A stretch of 64,000 bases of DNA from Candidatus Moraniibacteriota bacterium (lineage in GTDB: Bacteria; Patescibacteriota; Minisyncoccia; Moranbacterales; UBA2206): positions 75,690-139,689 of the forward strand of contig JBAQNM010000004.1 in the NCBI GenBank assembly GCA_049303795.1. The letters are read 5' to 3'. Position numbers and translations under genes: made by a program. Position 1 is the first letter of the stretch; the number at the start of each line of letters is the position of its first letter. The notes beneath the pieces are model-generated. The model had not been told where the DNA came from. It saw nothing but the letters and a program-made list of their open reading frames with translations, and ran no database searches. Shown in pieces: positions 18,025-27,922 of this stretch.

Positions 18025-19008
18025 TTAGACTATAAAACCAACCTTATTTTTTATTTCTTTTAATTTCTTTCTAGCTAGTGGCTGGACCTTTTCAGCCCCA
18101 ACGCGAAGAATTTCCAAAACCTTTTTGTCGCTAAGTTCGGACATTCTTTTTTGAAATGGCACGAGAAAATTAATAATCACTTCTGCTAATTCCTTTTTGA
18201 AATCAGCATAACCTTTCCCGATATAAAGATTTTCCACTTCTTGTGGTGTTTTGTTATCTAGCAAACTATAGATATTGATCAAATTTTTGAGCGCTGGTTT
18301 TTTATCTCCATAAACTATTTCCGAGCCACTGTCTGTAATAGCTCTTTTGATTTTTTTACGAATCGCCTCCGCATCATCCGTAAGCGCGATATAGCTATAT
18401 TCACTTTTAGCAGATTTGGACATCTTCTTGCCCAATTCATCCAATGCCATAATATTTTCGCTTTCTTTTTTGGTGTAGTCCCCAGGAATAGTAAATGTTT
18501 CACCAAATTTTTTATTAAATCTTTCTGCAATTTTTCTGGTCAGCTCAATGTGTTGCTTTTGATCTTTGCCGACTGGAACAATCTGAGTATCATAAAGAAG
18601 AATATCGGCCGCCATAAGCACCGGATAATTCATGAGACCAGCATCGATTCCTGTTTTACTTTCTTTGCCAGATTTATCCTTAAACTGAGTCATTCTTTCA
18701 AGCTCAGGAATCTTAACAATCGTATTGAGAATCCACATAAGTTCCGCATGTTCAGGAACATGCGATTGAATAAAAATGGCACAGTTATTTGGATCAATTC
18801 CAGCTGCCAAATAAATTTTGGCAATTTCAATTGTGCGTCGACGCAAAACAGCCGGATCCTGGGGGACTGTGATGGCGTGCATATCAACAACGCAAAAAAT
18901 TGAATCATACTCATTTTGAAGTTTAACCCAGTTTTGAATAGCACCTAAATAGTTTCCGATATGGAGATTGCCTGATGGTTGAATGCCTGAAAAAATACGT
19001 TTTTTCAT
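18025..19008 (-). CDS. trpS: Tryptophanyl-tRNA synthetase
   Basis: Class I HIGH-type motif (GIQPSGNLHIGNYLG) and KMSKS motif. Confidence 0.9.
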   Translation of the reverse strand: MKKRIFSGIQPSGNLHIGNYLGAIQNWVKLQNEYDSIFCVVDMHAITVPQDPAVLRRRTIEIAKIYLAAGIDPNNCAIFIQSHVPEHAELMWILNTIVKIPELERMTQFKDKSGKESKTGIDAGLMNYPVLMAADILLYDTQIVPVGKDQKQHIELTRKIAERFNKKFGETFTIPGDYTKKESENIMALDELGKKMSKSAKSEYSYIALTDDAEAIRKKIKRAITDSGSEIVYGDKKPALKNLINIYSLLDNKTPQEVENLYIGKGYADFKKELAEVIINFLVPFQKRMSELSDKKVLEILRVGAEKVQPLARKKLKEIKNKVGFIV

Positions 19009-19090
19009 ATTATTACTTAACTGTTTAAATTTTTTAAACTATCAATTCTTTTTCATAATTAAATCATAGCAAAAAAATGAAGAACCAGCA

Positions 19091-19120
19091 ACAAAAAACC
19101 AACCACTTTTCATGGCTGGT
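19091..19120 (-). terminator. Rho-independent terminator after rnj
   Basis: On the minus transcript, CCAGCCA-loop-UGGUUGG (one G-U wobble) is followed by UUUUUUG. Confidence 0.45.
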
Positions 19121-19137
19121 TTTTTATTGAGACTATT

Positions 19138-20943
19138 TTAAACTTCTACAATCACAGGAAGAACCATCGGCCTGCGCTGAGTTTTAGTGAAAAGATATTG
19201 TCCAATCGCTTCACGAATATTATCTTCGATAAATTTCTTTTCTACGGAAGTTTTTTTGGAAGTCGTTTCTTTGATTACTTTTTTAACCTTAGTTTTGGCT
19301 TCATTAACTAAATCAAAATTATCTTTGACATAGATAAAGCCACGCGAAGTTATTTGAATATTACCCACAACTTCTTTGGTTTTGCTGTCTAGAATAACTG
19401 TGATCATAAACATACCATCCTCACTTAAAACCTGACGATCACGAAGCACAACTTGACCAATATCCCCCACGCCAAGCCCGTCAACAAAGACGTAACTCGT
19501 ATCAATTTTTTTCGCTAGAATTTTTGCTTTATCCTTTTGTACCTCTAAGACGTGTCCATTATCAAGCACGAAAATATTGTCTTTGTGAAATCCAATTTTG
19601 GTTGCTAATTTTTCGGCTTCTTTAAGCATATAATGATTGGCATAGACTGGTACAAAAAAATCTGGTTTTATTTGTTTGAGAATTTCCTGAATATCCATTG
19701 CGCTACAATGTCCACTGGTATGCACATCCATCAAATCTCCATGAATCACATTATCACACTTGCGATAAAGATTATCCTTCAAACGTTGAATTGTTCTTTC
19801 GTTTCCTGGAATAACTGAAGATGAAAAGATGATTGTATCATTTTTGCGAACTTTAATAAAGCGATGGTTATCTGTAATAATTCGAGATAACACTGCATTG
19901 CCTTCGCCTTGTGCTCCAGTACAAATAATAATGACTTTACTATCCGGATATTTATGGATATCATTAACCGGAATTAAAGTGTCTTTGTGCATTTTAATAT
20001 AACCTAACTCTTTGGCAATTTCGACATTCATTTTCATGCTATAGCCATCTAACGCAACTTTCTTGCCCACCTTCTCGGCATATTCCAAAATATGTCCAAT
20101 ACGTTTAATTTGAGATGAGAAAGTACCAATAATAATCTTTCCGGTTGCAGTACTAATTAATCTTTCCAGATTATTATACATTTCTTTTTCTGTAGTGCGA
20201 GAAGGATTGGTTACGATTGCACCAAGACTTTCTAGCATTAAAATACGCGGACTAGGCAATTGTGATAGATGCTGATAGGTTACCAAACTTTTTCCGGAAG
20301 AATCTTTTTCCATCGTCCAGTCTCCAGGATGTATTACGGTTCCAGAAGGAGTTTTAATAATTACTCCAACTGCATCCATAATGGAATGTTCGACGTCAAA
20401 GAATTCTATTTCAAATTTTCCTAAGCGAATTTTATCGGCAACTGTTTTAACGTGAATAGCTTTTAGTTGTTGTGCTGAACCTTTTTCAAAGTCTTCCATT
20501 TTCTTTTTCACCATCATCAAAGTCATGTCACGACCAATGACTGGTGGATAGCCTAAATTCCTGAGTAGAATTGGCGCAGCACCAATATGATCAAGATGGC
20601 CATGGCTCAAAATCACACCGCGAATTCTTTTTTCTTTGCCTTTTAGGTAGCTAATATTTGGAATGATATAATCAATTCCTGGCATATCTTCTTCAGGAAA
20701 CTGCATGCCCATATCCAAAATGACAATATCTCCTTCATATTCAAAAATAGTCATATTGCGACCAACCTCTTCTTGTCCTCCAAAAGGAATAATGCGTAAA
20801 GTATTTTTAGCACTAACTTCCGGTGTCGAAACTTTAACTGGCATCCTCTGAGGACTTCTATTTATACGTTCTTTCTTTTTGATGTCTTGCACCAAAGGTT
20901 TTTGTCCACCAAAATGGGCAGACACACTTGTTCTGTTAAACAT
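19138..20943 (-). CDS. rnj: Ribonuclease J (metallo-beta-lactamase/beta-CASP family)
   Basis: LRIIPFGGQEEVGRNMT start region and HGHLDHIG zinc motif. About 600 aa, with an N-terminal extension. Confidence 0.85.
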   Translation of the reverse strand: MFNRTSVSAHFGGQKPLVQDIKKKERINRSPQRMPVKVSTPEVSAKNTLRIIPFGGQEEVGRNMTIFEYEGDIVILDMGMQFPEEDMPGIDYIIPNISYLKGKEKRIRGVILSHGHLDHIGAAPILLRNLGYPPVIGRDMTLMMVKKKMEDFEKGSAQQLKAIHVKTVADKIRLGKFEIEFFDVEHSIMDAVGVIIKTPSGTVIHPGDWTMEKDSSGKSLVTYQHLSQLPSPRILMLESLGAIVTNPSRTTEKEMYNNLERLISTATGKIIIGTFSSQIKRIGHILEYAEKVGKKVALDGYSMKMNVEIAKELGYIKMHKDTLIPVNDIHKYPDSKVIIICTGAQGEGNAVLSRIITDNHRFIKVRKNDTIIFSSSVIPGNERTIQRLKDNLYRKCDNVIHGDLMDVHTSGHCSAMDIQEILKQIKPDFFVPVYANHYMLKEAEKLATKIGFHKDNIFVLDNGHVLEVQKDKAKILAKKIDTSYVFVDGLGVGDIGQVVLRDRQVLSEDGMFMITVILDSKTKEVVGNIQITSRGFIYVKDNFDLVNEAKTKVKKVIKETTSKKTSVEKKFIEDNIREAIGQYLFTKTQRRPMVLPVIVEV

Positions 20944-21334
20944 AGATTTTATTAGATTGCTCCTTTTTATTTTTTATAGAGCAATTTCATTATTTAATTT
21001 ATAGATTTAGCCAAGTTACTTTGGCAAATTATTGATTATGATATATTTCTGCTTGATATAACCAAGCAAAACTAAAAAGTTTAAATTACGATAAAAAAGA
21101 ATAGTGCCTAGAAGTGATTAGCACTAAATGACCGAAAGGGGTAAATAAGTTCAAGTGTCTATCTTCTCGTAAGAATTATATCATACTATTATACATGAAT
21201 CCAGAATAATGTCAACTCGAGTTAGAAAACAGGCTTTTTTGTCAATAATTACACAAAATAAAAAAAGGTGCTTGAGAATTCTGCTGGTTCGCAGTTTCTC
21301 AAACACCCTTATTGTTCGTGCGCTACAGATCTTT

Positions 21335-22084
21335 TTAGAATGCGCAGCTAATCCCGGCGTGTGTGACGTACAAATCTTCTCGGTAGTCAGTATCATCCAT
21401 GAAAGTCGGAAAATACATGTCGATTCCGACATTAGCCGATAATTTTTCGGAGAGCTGGTAGGTCATCCGCGGGGCAACCTTAATGATTAAGGCTTTTTCT
21501 GCACCGTAACCGCCCATATCAACATCAAGCTTTGTTTTCATATTAACTTTAAGCTTATCGGTGATATTGCAAGCCAGATCGACCATGGGGATAAGATAAA
21601 GTCCGGTCGTTTGACTGTTATGAACATCGTCGACAGGAAAATTATACTCAACCCTGAATCCTGGTATCGCCGTAATGATTCCAAGTGAAAATGCCTTGGA
21701 AACCTCGGCATTGACCTGGAGCACATCGTTATTGGTTGATGTTAACGTTCCTGGCGACATAAGATAATAGGCGCCACCGATTGTCCAGAAGTTTTTTGAG
21801 TACCATACGCTCAGATCCACTTCGGTCGCCGCGTTATCACCAACGTTGTTAAAGTTTGTCGGTAACGACGCCCAGACCGACCCGCCAAGGCCATTCTCAA
21901 AATTTTTGCCGGCTTCCATCTGAATCACAGGTTTGTCGTAAACCTCAAACCCTGATCCCAGCACATACGATCCAAGACCGTCAACAACCAGATATTCCCC
22001 TGATGCATACGCAACAGAATAACCCCCAGCCATTAAAGCAACCGCCGCTACCGTCATCAATACTGCAAGAATCAGTTTTTTCAT
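21335..22084 (-). CDS. Putative outer-membrane-type beta-barrel protein (porin/OMP-like), GC-anomalous gene
   Basis: Signal peptide MKKLILAVLMTVAAVALMAGGYSVAYA. Alternating hydrophobic beta-strand pattern and C-terminal ...GISCAF (terminal Phe). Strong SD (AGAGAGGGAAATCA) before the ATG at 22084. Local GC is about 47% against ~33% in the flanks. Confidence 0.5.
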   Translation of the reverse strand: MKKLILAVLMTVAAVALMAGGYSVAYASGEYLVVDGLGSYVLGSGFEVYDKPVIQMEAGKNFENGLGGSVWASLPTNFNNVGDNAATEVDLSVWYSKNFWTIGGAYYLMSPGTLTSTNNDVLQVNAEVSKAFSLGIITAIPGFRVEYNFPVDDVHNSQTTGLYLIPMVDLACNITDKLKVNMKTKLDVDMGGYGAEKALIIKVAPRMTYQLSEKLSANVGIDMYFPTFMDDTDYREDLYVTHAGISCAF

Positions 22085-22284
22085 TGATTTCCCTCTCTTT
22101 CGTTTTTTGCTCATCTCTGAGCGATTATTTTCATTTTTTTAAGCTACTATTATCCACTTTTGGATTTTAAATAGTAGCACTTTATTAGTTAAAAGTCAAC
22201 TGTAACTTTTTTAAATTCAATTTAAAGTTGTAAAATTTCAACAAGTTCGCTAGACTAATACATATCACTAATAAGAAACTATTT

Positions 22285-23358
22285 ATGTCACTAAAAATCG
22301 GCATCGTCGGTCTACCCAATGTGGGAAAATCAACCCTTTTCAAGGCTCTCACAAAAAATCCAGTCGACATTCAAAATTATCCTTTCTGCACAATTGAACC
22401 AAATGTGGGAATTGTGAAAGTGCCTGATATTCGTCTGGAAAAATTGGCTAAAATGTCAAATTCTGCCAAGATCATTTCGACTATCATTGAGTTTGTCGAT
22501 ATCGCTGGTCTTGTTAAGGGCGCCGCGACTGGCGAGGGATTGGGAAATAAATTTCTTGCCAATATCCGAGAAGTGGATGCAATTGTTCAAGTTGTCAGAG
22601 CTTTTCAAAATCCGGACATTATTCATGTGCATAATAAAATTGATCCGGAAAATGATATTGAAATAATCAATACGGAATTGATTTTAGCTGATTTAGACAC
22701 AATCAAAAAAACCCAAATAAGAATTGAGAAGGATGCTCGCGGAAATAAGAAAGGCGCATCCGAACAACTAGTTGTTTTGGAAAATATCAAAAAAACCTTG
22801 GAGGCTGGAAAGTTAGCTAATGAAACTACATTAGATTTAACTGATGACAACACAAAAATAATTATCCGTGAAATTTCACTCCTCACGATGAAGCCTTTTC
22901 TCTATGCCTATAATGTTTCTGATCAAAATGTAGTAGTGACAGGTCGCGACCTGTCACTATCTGATAATTTAGAAAACAGAAATCACGTTAAATTAGATAT
23001 TAAAATTGAAGAGGAGCTTTTGGAAATGACAGCTGAAGAAGCGCAAGAATTAGAAATAAAATCCAACCTTGATCAGTTGATTCTTAAGGCCTATGAAATT
23101 CTTGGACTTATCACCTTTCTCACAACTGGTGAAGACGAAACTCGCGCTTGGACAATCAGAAAAGACTCCACCGCGCCAATTGCCGGAACCGCTATTCATA
23201 ATGATTTTAAAGATAAATTCATCCGAGCAGAAGTTGTCCTGTGGAATGAACTTCTGGAAGCCGGATCTTGGGGCAAGGCACGCGAGATTGGAAAGCTTCG
23301 CACTGAAGGCAAGGAATATATTGTGCAAGATGGAGATGTAATTGAATTTAAGATTTAA
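22285..23358 (+). CDS. ychF: Ribosome-binding ATPase YchF (Obg-family GTPase)
   Basis: MSLKIGIVGLPNVGKSTLFKALT, G-domain plus TGS domain, 357 aa. Confidence 0.9.
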   Translation: MSLKIGIVGLPNVGKSTLFKALTKNPVDIQNYPFCTIEPNVGIVKVPDIRLEKLAKMSNSAKIISTIIEFVDIAGLVKGAATGEGLGNKFLANIREVDAIVQVVRAFQNPDIIHVHNKIDPENDIEIINTELILADLDTIKKTQIRIEKDARGNKKGASEQLVVLENIKKTLEAGKLANETTLDLTDDNTKIIIREISLLTMKPFLYAYNVSDQNVVVTGRDLSLSDNLENRNHVKLDIKIEEELLEMTAEEAQELEIKSNLDQLILKAYEILGLITFLTTGEDETRAWTIRKDSTAPIAGTAIHNDFKDKFIRAEVVLWNELLEAGSWGKAREIGKLRTEGKEYIVQDGDVIEFKI

Positions 23359-23372
23359 TTTTTATTTATTTT

Positions 23373-24176
23373 ATGACAATTTTTCAGGCAATTATTTTCG
23401 GAGCTGTTCAAGGCTTAGGTGAATTTCTACCAATCTCATCTTCAGGACATTTAGTTATTATTCCTTGGCTTTTTAATTGGAATGACCCTGGATTGGCTTT
23501 CGATGTTTCTCTGCATTTTGGAACACTACTTGCTGTGACTCTATTTTTTTGGCGTGATTGGATTGATATTATTACCAAGGCTTTTGGTCTTTTGAAAAAT
23601 AAAAAAAATATTTCAGCTTTTGATTATCCTAAAAACACTCTTTGGCTTCTCCTTATTGCAACTATTCCCGGCGCAATTGTGGGATTTTTATTGGAAAAAC
23701 AAGCCGAGACAATTTTTCGTGCTCCTTTTTTGATTGCCATAACACTTTCCTTAATGGGTGCGCTGTTATATTTCTTAGATAAAATTGGTAAAAAAAATAA
23801 ACGTTTCGAAGAATTATCACCTAGAAATGCATTATTTATAGGCATATCTCAAGCCATTGCCATTATTCCAGGAGTCTCACGTTCTGGCGCCACCATTTCT
23901 ACCGCATTAGCTTTGGGGTTTAATCGCACAAGCGCGGCGCGTTTTTCTTTTCTGATTTCTGCTCCAATAATTTTTGGCGCTACGATCTTAAAGTTCAAAG
24001 AGCTGATTTATAATTTTGGCCTAGTTGAATTTGTCGCCATTCTCTCAGCTACACTTTTTGGACTCTTGGCAATTTCTGGAATGTTAAAATTTATTGAAAA
24101 AACCAGCTATAAAATCTTTTTCTGGTATCGTTTAGTTTTGGCTGGAATTATCATTATTGTTCTAATTTTAAAATAA
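23373..24176 (+). CDS. uppP: Undecaprenyl-diphosphatase (UppP/BacA)
   Basis: MTIFQAIIFGAVQGLGEFLPISSSGHLVI signature, polytopic membrane protein. Confidence 0.9.
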   Translation: MTIFQAIIFGAVQGLGEFLPISSSGHLVIIPWLFNWNDPGLAFDVSLHFGTLLAVTLFFWRDWIDIITKAFGLLKNKKNISAFDYPKNTLWLLLIATIPGAIVGFLLEKQAETIFRAPFLIAITLSLMGALLYFLDKIGKKNKRFEELSPRNALFIGISQAIAIIPGVSRSGATISTALALGFNRTSAARFSFLISAPIIFGATILKFKELIYNFGLVEFVAILSATLFGLLAISGMLKFIEKTSYKIFFWYRLVLAGIIIIVLILK

Positions 24177-24275
24177 TATTTGACTAATCTCGATTTATCA
24201 CCTAGACTAATACCAATCTAGAAAGCCCGCTAATTCTCTCGCCTTATACTGAGCTTGTAAGGATAAGAGAATATT

Positions 24276-24308
24276 AAACCGCAAAGGTGCTTTCTTGAGC
24301 GGTTTTTA
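24276..24308 (+). terminator. Rho-independent terminator after uppP
   Basis: aaccgc (24277-24282) - loop - gcggtt (24299-24304), followed by TTT. Confidence 0.45.
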
Positions 24309-24339
24309 ATTAATTCATTTAATTTAACAGTAAAAAATT

Positions 24340-24885
24340 ATGCGCTATGAACTGTTTTATCTCGTGGGAGTTTCCAAAGAACTCGAACTCGAGAAAATCA
24401 AACAAGACGTGGACGAAATCGTCACTAGTCACGAAGGTGTTTTTGAAGAAAAAATAACCGAAGAAAAAAGAAAGATGGCCTATAAAATCAAAAAGGACAC
24501 TCATGGAATTTATATCGCCAAAAGATTCTCGCTTGAAGATACTACCCACATTGGGGAAATCATCAATAAGCTTAATTTGAATCCTGGAGTTTTACGTTTT
24601 ATTGTTAGCGATGCATCAGAACTGCCAGAACTAAAAACTAAGGAGGAAAGAATGGAACAAGAAGAAAAGAGAAATGCCACAGAGGCAATCCAAAGAGAAA
24701 AACAAGCTGAAATTGAAAAAGAGAAAATCCAGCAAAAAGAATCAGCCCTGTCATCTGCTAATGGGGAAAAACCAACAGAGAAGAAAACAATAACAACAGA
24801 AGAAGAAGTTGAAGCTGAGGAGAAAACTAAAAAAGAAACAGCCCAAGACCTAGACAAAAAATTAGAAGAAATACTAAACATTTAG
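24340..24885 (+). CDS. rpsF: 30S ribosomal protein S6 with charged C-terminal extension
   Basis: MRYELFYLVGVSKELELEKIKQDVDEIVTSHEGVF...HGIYIAKRFSLED, followed by a long E/K-rich tail. Confidence 0.9.
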   Translation: MRYELFYLVGVSKELELEKIKQDVDEIVTSHEGVFEEKITEEKRKMAYKIKKDTHGIYIAKRFSLEDTTHIGEIINKLNLNPGVLRFIVSDASELPELKTKEERMEQEEKRNATEAIQREKQAEIEKEKIQQKESALSSANGEKPTEKKTITTEEEVEAEEKTKKETAQDLDKKLEEILNI

Positions 24886-24962
24886 TTTAATATCAATTAA
24901 TTTATTATATTACTTAACATTCGTTAATTTAATTAGCAATAAATAATCAATAAAATAAAACT

Positions 24963-25445
24963 ATGAATATCAATAAAGTAATTCTCGTAGGAAGACTCAC
25001 GAGAGATCCAGAGGTACGCACCACAGCCACAGGTCAAACAGTTACTTCAATCTCTCTTGCTACTAACCGTTTCTGGAAAGACAAAAATGGCCAAAAGCAA
25101 GACCAAACAGAATTTCACAATGTAGTTCTCTGGGGAAAGTTAGGAGAAATTGCTGGTCAATATCTCACAAAAGGACAAGAAGCTTTTATTGAGGGTCGTA
25201 TGTCTACCAGAAAATATACTGGAAAAGATGGGGTTGAAAGAAGAACAACTGAAGTAGTTGCTGAAAACATGCAGCTTGGTTCGAGAGCAGGACAAGGAGG
25301 CGGACAAGCTTCTGGCAGTTATAATAAACCAGCCGCTACACCTGCTGATCAATCACAAAATCAATCATCAGCAGCTGATGAAATTCCAACAATCGACCTA
25401 GATGCCGAGGAAGATGAAGTAAGAATTGAGGACGTTCCTTTTTAG
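24963..25445 (+). CDS. ssb: Single-stranded DNA-binding protein
   Basis: MNINKVILVGRLTRDPEVRTTATGQ...FHNVVLWGKLGEIAG OB-fold. Gly/Gln-rich tail ending in the acidic EDVPF. Confidence 0.9.
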   Translation: MNINKVILVGRLTRDPEVRTTATGQTVTSISLATNRFWKDKNGQKQDQTEFHNVVLWGKLGEIAGQYLTKGQEAFIEGRMSTRKYTGKDGVERRTTEVVAENMQLGSRAGQGGGQASGSYNKPAATPADQSQNQSSAADEIPTIDLDAEEDEVRIEDVPF

Positions 25446-25480
25446 TCTTAATTAAAAAATAATTTACTAATTTCTAAAGT

Positions 25481-25723
25481 ATGTATAACAACCGTAATAA
25501 CAACGAAGTTGGCCCAATAGAAAAAAAACTTTGTTATTTTTGCCAAAACAGAATGGAAAAAATAGACTTCAAAGATGCCTATTTTATTAGACGTTTCATG
25601 AATTCTCAAGGAAAAATCTATCCTCCAAAACGTCATGGAGTTTGTGCTAAACACCAAAGACTTTTAGCTAATGCTATAAAAAAAGCCCGCGTTATGGCTC
25701 TAGTCCCATTTGTAGCGAGATAA
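25481..25723 (+). CDS. rpsR: 30S ribosomal protein S18
   Basis: CYFCQNRMEKIDFKDAYFIRRFMNSQGKIYPPKRHGVCAKHQRLLANAIKKARVMALVPF. Confidence 0.9.
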   Translation: MYNNRNNNEVGPIEKKLCYFCQNRMEKIDFKDAYFIRRFMNSQGKIYPPKRHGVCAKHQRLLANAIKKARVMALVPFVAR

Positions 25724-25745
25724 TTCATTTAAAAACAAATATTCT

Positions 25746-26303
25746 ATGATTGGAATTTCAGATATTAAAATTGGAAAAAATATCATACTTAATGATATGC
25801 CTTATTCCGTGCTCTATCACGAGCACTCTAAGACTGGTCGTGCCGGATCAGTTCTGCGCACCAGACTAAAAAATCTAACAACTGGAGCAGTTTTGGAAAA
25901 AACTTTTCAAGGAGCAGAAACTGTTGAAGAGGCCCAGATTGTAAAATCCAAAGCACAATTTCTTTATAAGGAAAATACGGATTATTGTTTTATGGATAAT
26001 GAATCCTATGAACAGTTTTCTTTATCCGCCGAAGCATTAGGAACAAATGTCGATTATCTTACCGAAGGGACAGAAGTAGTTTTTTTAAACTTCAATGACA
26101 ACGCCATCAATATTGAACTTCCAATTAAAATGACATTGAAAGTTGTAGAGGCGCCACCGGGAATAAAGGGCAACACTGTTTCCACTGGAGGAAAAATGGT
26201 TACACTAGAAACCGGCAAAAAAATTTCCACTCCCCTTTTCGTTGAAACTGGAGATAAGGTCATTGTAAATACCGAAAAAGGAGAATACGTTGGACGCGCT
26301 TAA
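25746..26303 (+). CDS. efp: Elongation factor P
   Basis: MIGISDIKIGKNIILNDMPYSVLYHEHSKTGRAGSVLRTRLKNLTTG. Three-domain length; Arg at the loop-tip modification position. Confidence 0.9.
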   Translation: MIGISDIKIGKNIILNDMPYSVLYHEHSKTGRAGSVLRTRLKNLTTGAVLEKTFQGAETVEEAQIVKSKAQFLYKENTDYCFMDNESYEQFSLSAEALGTNVDYLTEGTEVVFLNFNDNAINIELPIKMTLKVVEAPPGIKGNTVSTGGKMVTLETGKKISTPLFVETGDKVIVNTEKGEYVGRA

Positions 26304-26325
26304 ATTTAAAAAATGCTTAGAAAAT

Positions 26326-26355
26326 AAAAAATCTCGGGAAACTGAGATTTTTTAT
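26326..26355 (+). terminator. Rho-independent terminator after efp
   Basis: aaaatctc (26328-26335) - gggaaact - gagatttt (26344-26351), then TTATTG. Confidence 0.6.
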
Positions 26356-26389
26356 TGTAATTAAGCAAAATAATTGCTAGAATAATTCC

Positions 26390-26836
26390 ATGGGCACACT
26401 CGCAATCAACAAAAGAGCCAGTTTTGATTATTTTCTCCTCAATGAATATGAGGCGGGCTTAGTATTGTCCGGACAGGAAGTAAAATCAGCAAGATTGGGT
26501 CAAGTAAGCCTCAAAGAAAGCTTTGTTACACTAAAAGCCAATGAACTCTATCTCACTAATGCCTATATTGCCCCCTATAAGCAAGCCGGCCTTAAGCAGA
26601 TAAACGACCCAACACGCTCGAGAAAGCTTCTTTTGCGTAAATCTGAAATTCGTCAATTGATCGGCAAAGTACGCACGGAGGGCTTGACATTAGTGCCGCT
26701 TAAGATATATACTAAAAAGCGACTATTAAAGCTCAGTTTTGCAGTTGCTAAGGGCAAAAAAAAGTTCGATAAACGTGAAACAATAGCCAAAAAAGAAGTA
26801 ACCAGAGATATCCAAAGAGCTTTGAAAAACAACTGA
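26390..26836 (+). CDS. smpB: SsrA-binding protein SmpB
   Basis: FDYFLLNEYEAGLVLSGQEVKSARLGQVSLKESFVTLKANELYLTNAYIAPY signature; basic C-terminal tail. Confidence 0.9.
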   Translation: MGTLAINKRASFDYFLLNEYEAGLVLSGQEVKSARLGQVSLKESFVTLKANELYLTNAYIAPYKQAGLKQINDPTRSRKLLLRKSEIRQLIGKVRTEGLTLVPLKIYTKKRLLKLSFAVAKGKKKFDKRETIAKKEVTRDIQRALKNN

Positions 26837-26886
26837 TTTTCCAGACAAATCTTATCGTGTTGTTATTTGTTTATGACACTACGAAT

Positions 26887-27310
26887 GGGGATGCCTGGTT
26901 TCGACAGGTTGTACGTTTAAAATATGCAAGCCGAGGTTAATCATAACTCGTAAAACATGATTAAAAGTTATAAGTGCAAACTTACTAACAAAAGCAAGAA
27001 CTGCATTTGCTAACGCATTTACAGTAAACTTCGCTACCGCTCTTGCCTAATACCGATGTTCTCGGTTTAGCTTGAGTCATCGAACTTATCTACGCCCGAT
27101 AAATAAGTTTGGTGTCAAATTATCGGGATAGCTTCCAGCATCTTTCTTGAGTGCTAGAAGTGAAACAATTTCAGGGATAGAATAAAAAGGTTTGGTTTGT
27201 CTTTTACTTTTTATTCAACCCCGCCTTGGCGGTGAATTAAGACAAAATAAGCTTGTAGTATATTTTTGATGAATAATTTTGGACTCGAGTTCAACTCTCG
27301 CCATCTCCAC
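26887..27310 (+). ncRNA. ssrA: tmRNA (ssrA)
   Basis: 5' end GGGGATGCCTGGTTTCGACAGG and 3' tRNA-like end GGACTCGAGTTCAACTCTCGCCATCTCCA. An internal reading frame ends ...FATALA-stop. It lies immediately downstream of smpB. Confidence 0.7.
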
Positions 27311-27321
27311 GAAAATTAATC

Positions 27322-27885
27322 ATTAAATTTAAAACCATTAGAAGAACACCCTATAAGCGACCAGTTGTAAAAAAGGGTCCGCTTACCAGAATTAATGATC
27401 AAATTAGAGCCTTAGAGGTTCGTGTTATTCGTGATGCCGATGGAGAACAGCTTGGCACGATGCCAACTGAAAGAGCTCTGGAATTAGCTAAGGAAGATAT
27501 GCTGGATTTAGTTGAAATTGCACCTAACGCCACTCCTCCGGTTTGCAAGATTATGGATTTTGGTAAATTTCAATATCAAAAATCACGTTTGGAAAGAGTT
27601 AATAAATCCAAACAAAAGAAATCTGAAATTAAAGGAATTCGACTAGGCGTAAGGACTGATGCTCATGACCTAGATTTCAAAAAAAATCAAGCGGAAAAAT
27701 TTTTAAAAAAAGGTAACAAAGTTAAGGTGGAGCTGACTATGCGTGGAAGGGAAAAGGCACATCAAGACTTAGCCAGATTAAATTTAACCAGCTTTGTTCA
27801 ATCAATTTCATTTCCTTATAAAATTGAACAAGAAATAAAACGCTACCCTGGAGGCTTTAATGTTATCATTACTCCTGAAGAATAA
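27322..27885 (+). CDS. infC: Translation initiation factor IF-3, non-AUG (AUU) start
   Basis: In-frame upstream translation IKFKTIRRTPYKRPVVKKGPLTRINDQIRALEVRVIRDADGEQLGT precedes MPTERALELAKEDMLDLVEIAPNATPPVCKIMDFGKFQYQ. There is no in-frame ATG, so the conserved N-domain requires an ATT start near 27322. Confidence 0.75.
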   Translation: MKFKTIRRTPYKRPVVKKGPLTRINDQIRALEVRVIRDADGEQLGTMPTERALELAKEDMLDLVEIAPNATPPVCKIMDFGKFQYQKSRLERVNKSKQKKSEIKGIRLGVRTDAHDLDFKKNQAEKFLKKGNKVKVELTMRGREKAHQDLARLNLTSFVQSISFPYKIEQEIKRYPGGFNVIITPEE

Positions 27886-27922
27886 TATTTTATACAATAA
27901 TTAATTAGGATTTTTCAAATTT

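Noticed and set aside
24181-24275. Possible ribosomal-protein leader or riboswitch upstream of rpsF
   Set aside because: Only a short 5 bp stem (cctta/taagg) was found, with no recognisable conserved riboswitch core. Insufficient evidence.
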